A DNA stretch of 63,475 bases from Candidatus Jacksonbacteria bacterium RIFCSPLOWO2_02_FULL_44_20 (GCA_001818155.1 MHJU01000017.1:1-63475), one strand, 5' to 3'. Counted from the first letter of the stretch, positions 47,081-56,863 are shown. Notes: generated by a model not told the origin, from the letters alone. Numbers and translations are program-made.

Positions 47081-47735
47081 AAGGTCGATTCAGACGATGG
47101 CCTTCTTCTTTGGGAATAGATTCTACACCCGTCTCTGTCCGATACAAAAATCTCATCAATGTAGCAACGCTTCTTTCTTCTGAAAATTTATCTGATTCCA
47201 AAATAAGTTTTTTGACTTCTTCTTCGGTAAACCAGACAACTTTAATATTTTCTCCTGTCTCCAATTCTTGTACACCCTGCTGGGATCTATTTACAGAGCC
47301 GACAAAATAATGTAAATCCCACTCTACTGTAGCACCTAATTTTGAAGTTGAATGATGCTCTAACACATCCGGAGCGAATCCCGTTTCTTCTTTTGCCTCC
47401 TTAAGCGCAGCCTGTTTTGCTTTTTCGATAATGTTTCCTTTACTCTGCTTAAACTTATTAAATTCATCCAAAGAATCAAAAACCTTTCCACCCGGCAAGC
47501 GGTAATCAAATTCTGAAAGTTCTCGTCGAAACTCTCGCGTAAGCATAATATTGCCCTGTCCGTCGCCTATAATCAATCTCACACCGGGACTTCTGCGCAC
47601 TTTTTCAAATGCAAAAGTTTTTCCATCTATTTCAACCGGCTCTGAAACCACTTCAAATAGTTTACCTTTATATCGAATCTCTTCTTTACTGACGACCTCC
47701 TCTTTATTTTTTTCATCGTGTTTACGTTTTTCCAT
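47058..47735 (-). CDS. Nudix hydrolase (ADP-ribose-pyrophosphatase-like)
   Basis: Nudix box GGKVFDSLDEFNKFKQSKGNIIEKAKQAALKEAKEETGF. Confidence 0.7.
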   Translation of the reverse strand: MEKRKHDEKNKEEVVSKEEIRYKGKLFEVVSEPVEIDGKTFAFEKVRRSPGVRLIIGDGQGNIMLTREFRRELSEFDYRLPGGKVFDSLDEFNKFKQSKGNIIEKAKQAALKEAKEETGFAPDVLEHHSTSKLGATVEWDLHYFVGSVNRSQQGVQELETGENIKVVWFTEEEVKKLILESDKFSEERSVATLMRFLYRTETGVESIPKEEGHRLNRPFGIKRFK

Positions 47736-47920
47736 ATAGTGAATGACTTGCCCCGCAACAAGCTACGAGGAATTATTTAATTAAAACGTATTACTGTACC
47801 ATTATTTCTAAAAAAGTCAAATTAAATTATTGAACATGTTTCTTTACCACCTCAATCAATTCACGCATCGGCGGCTCTGCCTGCGCGATAAACGCGCTGA
47901 TTTCCCGCCATCGCAAATCA

Positions 47921-48346
47921 CTATGATCGCCAATAAATCCGAGCATAATCCTTTGTAAATTCCCTAAAATCCTCCGCCTCTCCGGTTACTCGCAAGAGAA
48001 AAGAAAGGTACGTTTTTCTGTCTTTGATCACTAACGGAGAGCCTGCAAGCGCGGATGCGGCAAGTGTTGAGGGCACGCGATTGAGAACCAGTAGATCAAC
48101 GTTATCAGTTCCAAGTAGCTTGATCACGTCTCCCAATATCGCGTCTTCTACTGGATACGATTTTTGAACCTCCCATTCAATAGCTTGAGTTTCCGGCTTA
48201 AAATATACGCCGATATCCCAGTCAGACATCGCCTTCTCCCGCCCTTTTGATCGCGAGCCAAACAAAAATGCCATAAGCACATCATCACGATCTGTAACAT
48301 ACTTTTTAAGCATCGTAAGTTTTGGCGATTGCCGTCTCGGAGTCAT
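47921..48346 (-). CDS. MNT-type nucleotidyltransferase (antitoxin-like component of HEPN/MNT modules)
   Basis: LFGSRSKGREKAMSDWDIGVYF is the minimal nucleotidyltransferase GS...D.D motif. Confidence 0.6.
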   Translation of the reverse strand: MTPRRQSPKLTMLKKYVTDRDDVLMAFLFGSRSKGREKAMSDWDIGVYFKPETQAIEWEVQKSYPVEDAILGDVIKLLGTDNVDLLVLNRVPSTLAASALAGSPLVIKDRKTYLSFLLRVTGEAEDFREFTKDYARIYWRS

Positions 48347-48396
48347 AAATATGATCGTCGATTAAAGATAGCAAAAAATATCTTGTTCATCAATGT

Positions 48397-49662
48397 TTAA
48401 TCCTCCAGTAAAAATTTCCAAAGCGGCACTAGACGAATTCCTGATCTCTCATCGCGAAAAACATCACGAGTAACAAGAATGCCGCTTGAGATGGAAAACT
48501 TCTCCATAAATGCCTTAAGTTGAACTTCGTCCGGCTTTCCCCACTTTACTTCAATAGGAAGTATCTCCTGCCCGTCCTTGCGCACAAAGTCAATTTCAAA
48601 ACCATTCCGGTAATAATATTCTGCGTTCAGTTTCATCGCGACCGCCGATTCAGCGACTTTCGCAAGCAGAGCGTCAGTATAGAAATCACTGCGATACGCA
48701 AAACAGAAAGCAGGAGAAACAGGATAGTACTTTTTTCCTTTCCTGGAGGCGATGAGAAACCCCGGGCGCAAATTTCCGATTGCGCGAACCAGAAGTCCAT
48801 ACTGCAAATATCCAAGATAATTTCCGATCGTAATTTTACTCCGTCCGGTATCGCGAGCGAGCCGTTCCACGTTCACGATATTGCCCGGTTCGCGCACAAT
48901 ATATTCAAGGAGCGTTCGCAGAAGTTCAGCATCTTTAAGCGCAAATTCCTGCGGAAGATCTCTGTATATAATACGCTCAAGGATTAAGTTTTTGAGATAC
49001 TGGCGCACAGCATCGTCACTCTCTTCATGCGCAAGTTCCGGAAAACCGCCTTTGCGAAGATAATCCATTAATAACGGCTGAATTTCGCCTTGAGCAAGTT
49101 CAGGATTATCAAGCGCAACCTTATTGTTCTTCCAGTCAAGAAATTCTTTGAATGTCAGAGGAGCGGCATATATGTCAATCATCCGTCCAGCAAGACTTTC
49201 GCGAGCATTTTTCTCAAGCGTTACTGATGCGGAACCAGAAAGAAAAATTTTGACGTTTGGATGAAGATCATACAGTTGTTTGATTGCGGACTGCCAATCT
49301 GCGACTTTCTGGATTTCGTCAAAGAAAAAAAATATCCGATCAATATCGCCTAATTTTTTTTTGATAATCTTTTCCTCATATAGCGCAACAATGTTTTGAA
49401 TGGTCGCGGATTGATCGTCAAAAGAAAAGTATAAAACTTTGCGCTCATCGCTTCCAATACGCAAAAGATGTTTTATCAGCTGATAAAATGTAGTCGTTTT
49501 ACCCACACGCCGCAAACCAAAAAGCAGTACTGCGAAACGACTATCCAGATGCTTTATAAGTTCGCGCAGTATTGGCCGCTCATGTGAGCCGACAAACACT
49601 TTTGGCACCTCTTTCTGCGTCCACCACGGATTAAATTGCGCTAAAATATCAACAGTTACCAT
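48397..49662 (-). CDS. AAA+ ATPase of the COG1373 type (second copy)
   Basis: Walker A GLRRVGKTT. Walker B FFFDEIQ. C-terminal EIDFV...IEVKW. Confidence 0.75.
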   Translation of the reverse strand: MVTVDILAQFNPWWTQKEVPKVFVGSHERPILRELIKHLDSRFAVLLFGLRRVGKTTTFYQLIKHLLRIGSDERKVLYFSFDDQSATIQNIVALYEEKIIKKKLGDIDRIFFFFDEIQKVADWQSAIKQLYDLHPNVKIFLSGSASVTLEKNARESLAGRMIDIYAAPLTFKEFLDWKNNKVALDNPELAQGEIQPLLMDYLRKGGFPELAHEESDDAVRQYLKNLILERIIYRDLPQEFALKDAELLRTLLEYIVREPGNIVNVERLARDTGRSKITIGNYLGYLQYGLLVRAIGNLRPGFLIASRKGKKYYPVSPAFCFAYRSDFYTDALLAKVAESAVAMKLNAEYYYRNGFEIDFVRKDGQEILPIEVKWGKPDEVQLKAFMEKFSISSGILVTRDVFRDERSGIRLVPLWKFLLED

Positions 49663-49750
49663 GACATTAGTATATCAGAATATACGAATAAATCAACTAT
49701 TCGGTTAGTCAACCAAATATCATAAAATCATGATTGTAAACCCAAACCAC

Positions 49751-51058
49751 TCAAAACAACGCCGTTTGAGCTCCGAAAAACGCGGAGCGATCGGAATCGG
49801 AAAACACAGAAACCTTGCCGTAAACGCCGTCATAGCCGGGCTCAATGTGAATACGTCCCTCGCGAACTCTTTGTACCCCTTCGGCGATTTCAGGAAGCGT
49901 CAAATGCGCAAGCTCGTCAATTGAAATTTCCATAAGAATAGCATACTCGTTTTTGCATTCGTCTATGAGCTTATCATATTCCTCGCGCGCCTTCTTTGTT
50001 TCCGATTTAGTTCCAAATACATCTCTTATGATCTCGGAGAGCGGAACGATTTTTTTGAAAGGCGGACGGTGAAGTTCTCCGTAGACGCGCGCCTCGTCAG
50101 CGGTTCGCCCTGAAAGAAAATCAACGCGGTATTCAACTCCAAGAGTAAGAGGCTTCCTGCATTTGGGGCACAGCCCTTGTGCTCGCTTCGTTTCTTCAGG
50201 CGAAAACACAATACCGCACGCGCGATGGCCGTCGTAATGATACTTTCCTTCTTCCGGATAAAATTCAATTGTGTATAGAATATAATTTTTCGGGAAATTT
50301 TTTTTATCCAAGCGTCGGCTATTTTTTAAGGCATCTTTTATATTTTGATAACTCGCCGAGGCAAGTTCATACACTGTTGCTTCGCGCCCAACCTTTCCTA
50401 TAGAATGCGCGTCCCCATGCGAAACTATCGCGTACGAGTCCAGCTCCGGAACTCTCCAGTTCATTAAAGGGTCCGATGAAAGCCCTGTTTCAACCGCAAA
50501 AATATGTTGCGACATCTTGCCAAAGCATTCGCTCAATGAATCAAAACCGCTTTTAGATCCAAAAACTGAAAACCACGGAGTCCAAATATGAGCCGGAATT
50601 ACCATACACTCTCCACTTGCATCAAACACGATTTTTGCAAGTTCCTCCGACGACATCCCCAAAATCGGGCGCCCGTCAGAGGCGAGATTCCCAACTTTCC
50701 CAAGCCGCTCTGCGAGACGATCAACAGCTTTGAAATCAGGCGCCGTGATCAAAATATGATTTCTTCGCCCTCTGCCGTTTTCCGTATAAATACACGAAAT
50801 TTCTTGAGTCAGCATGAACATCGGAAATTGCTCCAGGGCGCAGTCTTTCAAAACAAAAAAACCTTCCAAATCGGAAGGAATCAATTTTTCTTTGAGTTCT
50901 CTCAAATACTTCGGATGCGTAAAATCGCCTGTGCCAATCACGTCTATCCCCTTCATTTTCGCCGCTTGTATCAACCCTTCCGGAGAGAGATTCTTGCTCG
51001 TCGCGCGAGAGTATTTGGAATGGACGTGGAGGTCGGTTACAAGACGCATAAAGTTCAA
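49751..51058 (-). CDS. PHP-domain nuclease, endonuclease Q-like
   Basis: DLHVHSKYSRATS and GIDVIGTGDFTHP. Zn-finger-like CPKCRKPLTLGVEYRV. Confidence 0.6.
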   Translation of the reverse strand: MNFMRLVTDLHVHSKYSRATSKNLSPEGLIQAAKMKGIDVIGTGDFTHPKYLRELKEKLIPSDLEGFFVLKDCALEQFPMFMLTQEISCIYTENGRGRRNHILITAPDFKAVDRLAERLGKVGNLASDGRPILGMSSEELAKIVFDASGECMVIPAHIWTPWFSVFGSKSGFDSLSECFGKMSQHIFAVETGLSSDPLMNWRVPELDSYAIVSHGDAHSIGKVGREATVYELASASYQNIKDALKNSRRLDKKNFPKNYILYTIEFYPEEGKYHYDGHRACGIVFSPEETKRAQGLCPKCRKPLTLGVEYRVDFLSGRTADEARVYGELHRPPFKKIVPLSEIIRDVFGTKSETKKAREEYDKLIDECKNEYAILMEISIDELAHLTLPEIAEGVQRVREGRIHIEPGYDGVYGKVSVFSDSDRSAFFGAQTALF

Positions 51059-51069
51059 AGTTATTTGCG

Positions 51070-52437
51070 CTATCCGTACAGCCTCTGTTTTATATTCTCC
51101 ACCTCCAGTCGCAACCGCTCTTCCGACTCAAGCATGCCGCCGATTTTGTCGCACGCGTACATAACAGTTGTATGATCTCGCCCTCCAAGATGCAGACCGA
51201 TCGTCGGAAACGAAAAATCCAGTTCCTGGCGCATCAAATACATTGTAATCTGCCGCGGAACCACAAACTCGCGTTTCCGGCATATCCCTAAAATGTCATC
51301 CAGGGACACAGAGTAAAACTCCGCAACAGCCTCCATAACGCGCTTTGGAGTTAGCGCGCGCTTGCTTGGATCTGCAAGAAAACTCGCAACAACATCTTTC
51401 ACAGAATTGATCGTCGGCGTTTTTCGCGAGAGTTCGTACCATGCGATGATCTTATTTAGAGCCCCTTCCAATTCTCTGATATTATTTTTAATGCTCTCCG
51501 CAATATACACGACCAGCTCCCGCTCAAGCGTGAACTGCTTCTCTTTGCATTTACTTTCTAAAATCGCAATTCTGGTTTCAACGTCCGGCATTTTGATGTC
51601 CGCAATCATCCCCCACTCAAACCGCGAAATCATGCGATCCTGCAATTCCACAAGCGCTTTTGGCGGGCGATCAGAGGTGATCACCATTTGTTTGTTCTTG
51701 CGATGCAGTTCTTCAAACGTATGGAAAAACTCGTCTTGCGTTTTTTCCTTGTCAATCATAAACTGCACATCATCAACTAAAAGAACATCAACTCCCCTGT
51801 ATGTAGCCCGAAACGCGTCAAATCCTCCGGAACGCGCGGCTGACACGTAGTCGTTTGTAAATCGTTCAAAATTTAGAGAGAGCACTTTTTTACCGGCGTG
51901 GTTTCTGCGTATAAACTGCCCGATTGCGTGCATGAGATGGGTTTTGCCAAGCCCGACATCGCCGTAGAGAAAAAGCGGGTTGTATCTCGTCCCGAGCTCT
52001 TCGCAAATAGCGCGGCTTGCGGAATACGCGAGTTCGTTGCCGCTACCGACAACAAAATTGTCAAAAGTATATCGCCTGTTAAACCCGAACTCGTCCACTT
52101 TTTCCTGTACAATCACTCCGCCTAGCTTTGGATTGGAAAGAGGATAAATTGTTGCATCCGGCGGTTTTATAACTTGGCGGGCAGTTTGAATCTGATATAA
52201 GATGCGTTTAATTTTATCCTGACAAACGTTATTCAACGCCTTCATGATGTACGCGTTGTAACGCTGTTCCATCCATGATTTTGTAAACGCGTTTGGCACC
52301 GCAATCGCAACTTCGCCGGTATCTTCCGCAATTGTGATAATAAAGGTATTCTGAAACCATGTTGTAAAATTCGCCTTGGAGAGCATGAGTTCCAATTCTC
52401 CAAGAGCGGACTGCCAAATTTTTTGTGGGTCAAGCAT
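51070..52437 (-). CDS. dnaA: Chromosomal replication initiator DnaA
   Basis: GDVGLGKTHL, LLVDDVQF and IGLHLGGRDHTTV. Start set at internal ATG (M17), which leaves the DnaA boxes upstream. Confidence 0.9.
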   Translation of the reverse strand: MLDPQKIWQSALGELELMLSKANFTTWFQNTFIITIAEDTGEVAIAVPNAFTKSWMEQRYNAYIMKALNNVCQDKIKRILYQIQTARQVIKPPDATIYPLSNPKLGGVIVQEKVDEFGFNRRYTFDNFVVGSGNELAYSASRAICEELGTRYNPLFLYGDVGLGKTHLMHAIGQFIRRNHAGKKVLSLNFERFTNDYVSAARSGGFDAFRATYRGVDVLLVDDVQFMIDKEKTQDEFFHTFEELHRKNKQMVITSDRPPKALVELQDRMISRFEWGMIADIKMPDVETRIAILESKCKEKQFTLERELVVYIAESIKNNIRELEGALNKIIAWYELSRKTPTINSVKDVVASFLADPSKRALTPKRVMEAVAEFYSVSLDDILGICRKREFVVPRQITMYLMRQELDFSFPTIGLHLGGRDHTTVMYACDKIGGMLESEERLRLEVENIKQRLYG

Positions 52438-52468
52438 TGGTGTGTCTGCAATATAGCATATCCTTTTT

Positions 52469-52520
52469 TTATCCACAAGTATCATTTTATCCCTATAATA
52501 TGGGGAAAAACTGTGTATAA
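52469..52520. promoter_or_regulatory. DnaA-box cluster in the dnaA-cca intergenic region
   Basis: Perfect TTATCCACA at 52469-52477. TTATCCCTA at 52487-52495. TGTGTATAA (reverse complement TTATACACA) at 52512-52520. The surrounding spacer is AT-rich. Confidence 0.5.
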
Positions 52521-52529
52521 TTTTTATTT

Positions 52530-53897
52530 ATGTTAAGCCAAATCAAAATTCTTGAACGCATCCTTTATAAAAAATACCCATCTTCAAAAGTATATCTTGT
52601 TGGCGGAGCCGTGCGCGATAAACTCATGAAACGCGTAGCTTGCGATTTGGATGTGGTTGTTACAGGAGTTCCGAAAGATCAACTGGAAAAAATTCTTGCT
52701 GGTCTCGGCGCTTTGCGGCTCGTTGGAAAATCGTTTGGCGTGTATAAATGGAACGATGTTGATATCGCCATCCCCCGCCGTGAAACAGGATGGGGCACTG
52801 GAGCGAGACGCGACGTAACCGTGCAATCGGACCACACGCTTTCAATTGAAAAAGATTTGGAAAGGCGGGATTTTACTATAAACGCCATTGCTTATGACAT
52901 GCGAAATAAACTTTACATTGATCCGCACGATGGGCGGCGCGATATTCAAAACAAAATCATCCGAACTGTCGGGGATCCGCACGAACGTTTTACAGAAGAT
53001 AATTCCAGGCTTCTGCGCGCGCTTCGCATAGCCATTGAATTAAACTTTGAAATTGAACCGAAAACGCGCAAGATTATCTCTCAAATGATCGCAAAGGCAA
53101 AAAACGTAACAAAAGAAATCGCCGCGACTGAAATCGTGAAGGCGATCAGCGCATCTCCAGAGGCCGCGTTGAAACTTTTTAATTCAACTCGACTAATCCC
53201 AGTATTATTTCCTGAACTCGCGCTCATGCAGAAATGCAAACAGCCGAAAAAATGGCATTCAGAAGGAACTGTATGGACTCATACACTCCTCGCGCTTCGC
53301 GAACTGGAAAAAAATAGGAAACATCCATACGACCCAACTCTTATATTAGCGCTAATCCTCCACGACAGCGGAAAAGTGCAAACAAGAAAGAGACGCGGAA
53401 ATAAAATTACTTTTTATAATCATGCGACTGTCGGAGCGCGAATTGCGCGGCGGATGATCAAACGGCTAAAACTGGAATCCGCGGGAGTAGAAAAAGAACA
53501 AGCCTCGTGGCTCATTAAACACCATATGATTGCGTTTAGCGGTGATCCGAAAAAACTGCGAAACACTACTATTGAGCGATATTTTTTAAGCGATCGTTAC
53601 CCGTCAGAACACCTGATGACGATGATTGAGTGCGATTCGCGCGCAAGCGTGCCATTAAGTCCTGATCGCGACAATCTCCATGGATTATCAATCATAAAAA
53701 AACGCATTGCGGAAATTAAAAAAAAGCCGCCGAAAGCGCTTTTGAATGGGGAGGAAATTATGACAATTTTGAATATCAAGCCCGGAGTAGAAGTCGGGAA
53801 AGTCATCGCGCGGCTCCGTGAAGCGCAACTGTCGGGACGCGTTAATACGAAATTAGAGGCGCGCAAATTTCTTCAAAAATTATCTGTGAAATCCTAA
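52530..53897 (+). CDS. cca: CCA-adding enzyme / poly(A)-polymerase-family tRNA nucleotidyltransferase with HD domain
   Basis: VGGAVRDKLMKRVACDLDVVV, RRDFTINA and HD motif ILHDSGK. Confidence 0.8.
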   Translation: MLSQIKILERILYKKYPSSKVYLVGGAVRDKLMKRVACDLDVVVTGVPKDQLEKILAGLGALRLVGKSFGVYKWNDVDIAIPRRETGWGTGARRDVTVQSDHTLSIEKDLERRDFTINAIAYDMRNKLYIDPHDGRRDIQNKIIRTVGDPHERFTEDNSRLLRALRIAIELNFEIEPKTRKIISQMIAKAKNVTKEIAATEIVKAISASPEAALKLFNSTRLIPVLFPELALMQKCKQPKKWHSEGTVWTHTLLALRELEKNRKHPYDPTLILALILHDSGKVQTRKRRGNKITFYNHATVGARIARRMIKRLKLESAGVEKEQASWLIKHHMIAFSGDPKKLRNTTIERYFLSDRYPSEHLMTMIECDSRASVPLSPDRDNLHGLSIIKKRIAEIKKKPPKALLNGEEIMTILNIKPGVEVGKVIARLREAQLSGRVNTKLEARKFLQKLSVKS

Positions 53898-54404
53898 CAT
53901 TGTTGACTCCGCGATATTCAATGACAATACATAAAGCGGAATCAGCAGTAAAACAGTAATCACTGAAAGCGCGATGTACGTGCTTTTTTGATTATGACGA
54001 AACACGAGCGCGAAAAAAATAATCACAAGCGTATACATAATAAGCGCAACTAATGCGACTACTCCATGGCCTAGATTATTTAAGACGCTCGTTGATGAAA
54101 TAAGCCACGGCAAAAATCCGAATGAAATAACAAACCACGCTTTTCCAAACGAAAACCCGCGCATAATCGCGCCAAAAAGAATCGGGAGAAGCACCGCGCC
54201 AATAACGATGCCAGCGCACACTGCCCGATGCTCATAGACTGGCGTCTGCTTTACGCGCTTCGGCAGTTCTTTCTCTGCCAAAATTTTTCTGTCAATGCGG
54301 ATGAGTTCGTACATCGCAAAAACCATTCCTCCGATAATGATAAACCAGACGATTGTGCCGATAATTGGGATAAACGGGTGCATAAAAAAATGTTGATACT
54401 CCAA
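53880..54404 (-). CDS. Polytopic membrane protein
   Basis: Five hydrophobic helices. Lies 3 nt downstream of rpe. Confidence 0.5.
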   Translation of the reverse strand: MEYQHFFMHPFIPIIGTIVWFIIIGGMVFAMYELIRIDRKILAEKELPKRVKQTPVYEHRAVCAGIVIGAVLLPILFGAIMRGFSFGKAWFVISFGFLPWLISSTSVLNNLGHGVVALVALIMYTLVIIFFALVFRHNQKSTYIALSVITVLLLIPLYVLSLNIAESTMLGFHR

Positions 54405-54407
54405 ATT

Positions 54408-55055
54408 TTATAAAAACTGCAATTCACGAATGGCTTTGCCGATGTTCTCTTGTTTCCATAAATACGATCCCAGGCACAAGTGAGTCGCGCCTGCGAGAAT
54501 TATCCGCGGAGCGGTTTCAAGATTTATCCCTCCGTCAACCGAAATCGGAATCGCGGGAGCTTTGGCGCGAAGTTCATGAATTTTTGAAAGAACGCCTTCT
54601 TTGAACAATTGCCCCGCAAACCCTGGATCAACTCCCATAAGTAACACCATGTCTATTTGTGGAAGCTCATCTATGATTGCGCTCACGGGAGTACTAGGAT
54701 TTAATGCGACTGCTAGCTCTTTTCCGGCTTTATGCGCGCGCATGGCGCACTCGCTTACATCTTTTCGAGAGCACGCCTCTTTGTGTATAATGATACGCTT
54801 TAGGCGCGATAACGCAAACCACTCATCTAAAATTCGCAATGGATTCTGCGTCATCAGATGAATCTCATAAGTGAGCGATGACGAAAACTCCGCAAGATCT
54901 TCCGCGCGCGACCATGTGATGTTCGGCACAAAAACGCCGTCCGCGATATCAATCTGCACTAATCCTATATCAGGCGCCTCTTTTTCAACGCGCCGTATTT
55001 TTTGTGCGATTGCCGAGAATTCTTTTTCAAGGATTGCGGGGATGATCTGGATCAT
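54408..55055 (-). CDS. rpe: Ribulose-phosphate 3-epimerase
   Basis: QIDIADGVFVPN, HLM and LMGVDPGFAGQ motifs. Confidence 0.85.
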   Translation of the reverse strand: MIQIIPAILEKEFSAIAQKIRRVEKEAPDIGLVQIDIADGVFVPNITWSRAEDLAEFSSSLTYEIHLMTQNPLRILDEWFALSRLKRIIIHKEACSRKDVSECAMRAHKAGKELAVALNPSTPVSAIIDELPQIDMVLLMGVDPGFAGQLFKEGVLSKIHELRAKAPAIPISVDGGINLETAPRIILAGATHLCLGSYLWKQENIGKAIRELQFL

Positions 55056-56326
55056 ATTTTTGAAATCGGCAGTTTATTTGTTAATTCCCACAATTGCGCG
55101 TGGTACGATTTGTCAAACTCTTGTATAATCGTATCCGAACTTACGCTAGGATAAAGTTTTTGAGCAGAAAACTGAACATCAAGATTATGGCGTTTTGCAA
55201 ACAAATTTATGTCTTCAAAAATTTTGTCCACTTCTTCTTTTTTTATATTTTTCATACTATCATCCAAGAGCTTTATTTCATGAACAATTTTTTTTAATTT
55301 TTCATATCTATGCGCATCAGCAACATTTACGCTACTGCCATAATTACTTCGCGCGTACACAGCGAGATTGTAATACCAGCTCTGTTGTAAACTCCATAAA
55401 TCCTGATATTTTTCAATAGATTGGCTTAGTGGAATTAACGACTTTTCAAGCGCCTGAACGTCATCATAATATATTCCGCGCGCCAAATTTTTGAATTCTT
55501 CATTGTCTCCAGCTTCCTGCAATTTCCACAAACGCGCATGGTATGCCTTTTCTAGTTTATCAATAATAAGATCAGGTGTTAGGATCATTTTAGCATCATA
55601 TTCCGGTCGTTTAAAAGTATAAAAATCAAGCCCAACCTCTTGCGAGAGTTTGTTCATCTCCTGAATTGTTCCATTCGCACTGTGTATTCTATTATCTTGA
55701 TATAGCGCATCATGCATTTCCTTCAATTCGTTCAATTTTTGATTTGTGATCAATGATTTATAATCACTATCGCTATTGAGCGCTTCATACAACTGTTTCC
55801 CCCATTTCGCCATCTCAAGATTTACATCTTCTTCTTTATCTAAAATTTCTTTATAGGTTAAAAGTTTTTTTCTTAAGGTTTCATATTTTTCAGTAAACTC
55901 TGGACTTATAAGAGTATTTATTCGTTCTAGACGCATTTTTTCTGCATCTTCACCATGATCAGATTGGTTGGTATAGATAGATAATTTTTGGTCGTCATGG
56001 GGCCGCTGCATCATTGCCGCAAACTTGTCAATTAATTTTTGCTCTTGCGGAGTATAAGGTTTTTCATAAAACTCTTGAGAGATATCTAAAGTTCCTTGAT
56101 TAAACTGGTGTATTCGTATTTGATCCATCATAATACGCTTAATTGGACCGGCAACTTTTGGATATCCTCTTCTTTCAGCCTCCTCAAATAATTGATTTAC
56201 TTGCCACGTTTTACCTCTTTGGTCGGATTCTTTTTCTTCCGTCTTGTCATTAGTTGTAGATTGTGCCGTGCTCTCTTCATTTTTAGTTTCACTATTTTGT
56301 TGAAACATTTTTCTAAAAAAATCCAT
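55052..56326 (-). CDS. Hypothetical K/E/Q-rich protein with internal repeat
   Basis: No TM helix or signal peptide. Repeat DKLEKAYHARLWKLQEAG / EFDKSYHAQLWELTNKL. AT-rich. 4-nt overlap with rpe. Confidence 0.45.
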   Translation of the reverse strand: MDFFRKMFQQNSETKNEESTAQSTTNDKTEEKESDQRGKTWQVNQLFEEAERRGYPKVAGPIKRIMMDQIRIHQFNQGTLDISQEFYEKPYTPQEQKLIDKFAAMMQRPHDDQKLSIYTNQSDHGEDAEKMRLERINTLISPEFTEKYETLRKKLLTYKEILDKEEDVNLEMAKWGKQLYEALNSDSDYKSLITNQKLNELKEMHDALYQDNRIHSANGTIQEMNKLSQEVGLDFYTFKRPEYDAKMILTPDLIIDKLEKAYHARLWKLQEAGDNEEFKNLARGIYYDDVQALEKSLIPLSQSIEKYQDLWSLQQSWYYNLAVYARSNYGSSVNVADAHRYEKLKKIVHEIKLLDDSMKNIKKEEVDKIFEDINLFAKRHNLDVQFSAQKLYPSVSSDTIIQEFDKSYHAQLWELTNKLPISKI

Positions 56327-56395
56327 AAAATAAAATTTGTTTAAGTGACAATTTCAGGTCTAGTTAAGCTAATCTAAACCGTCACATAAACTTTG

Positions 56396-56854
56396 TTAAA
56401 TTATCTCACTTTCCACCTCCCGCACCTTTCCAAATCTCCGTCTGTGCCGTTCGGGAATTAGCGATGAAGATGGTTTCAAAAATATATCAACTATTGCAAA
56501 TGCTTCCGCTGAATCAATATAACTAGCAGGCAAGGCAATCGCGTTTGGGTTGTTGTTGTGTTCGGAAACTCTTTTTGCAACCTCCCTGTTCCACACGAGC
56601 GCGCAATATACGCCTTTCACTTTATTTGCGGTGATTGAAACGCCGATGCCGCTTCCGCAAATCACGATTGCGCGATTTTCATCAGAATTCTCTGCAACTT
56701 TTTTTGCCGCGCTATAGGCAAAATCCGGATAGTCATCGTCTTTATCATAACTATACGCGCCCATATCCTCAAATGCAATACCGCGTTCTTTCAAAAACGC
56801 CTTAATTTTTTCTTTTAATTCAAAACCGGCGTGGTCGGCGGCGAGATAGAGCAT
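56396..56854 (-). CDS. rpiB: Ribose-5-phosphate isomerase B
   Basis: AADHAGFELK and ICGSGIGVSITANK. Confidence 0.85.
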   Translation of the reverse strand: MLYLAADHAGFELKEKIKAFLKERGIAFEDMGAYSYDKDDDYPDFAYSAAKKVAENSDENRAIVICGSGIGVSITANKVKGVYCALVWNREVAKRVSEHNNNPNAIALPASYIDSAEAFAIVDIFLKPSSSLIPERHRRRFGKVREVESEII

Positions 56855-56863
56855 AATTTTATT

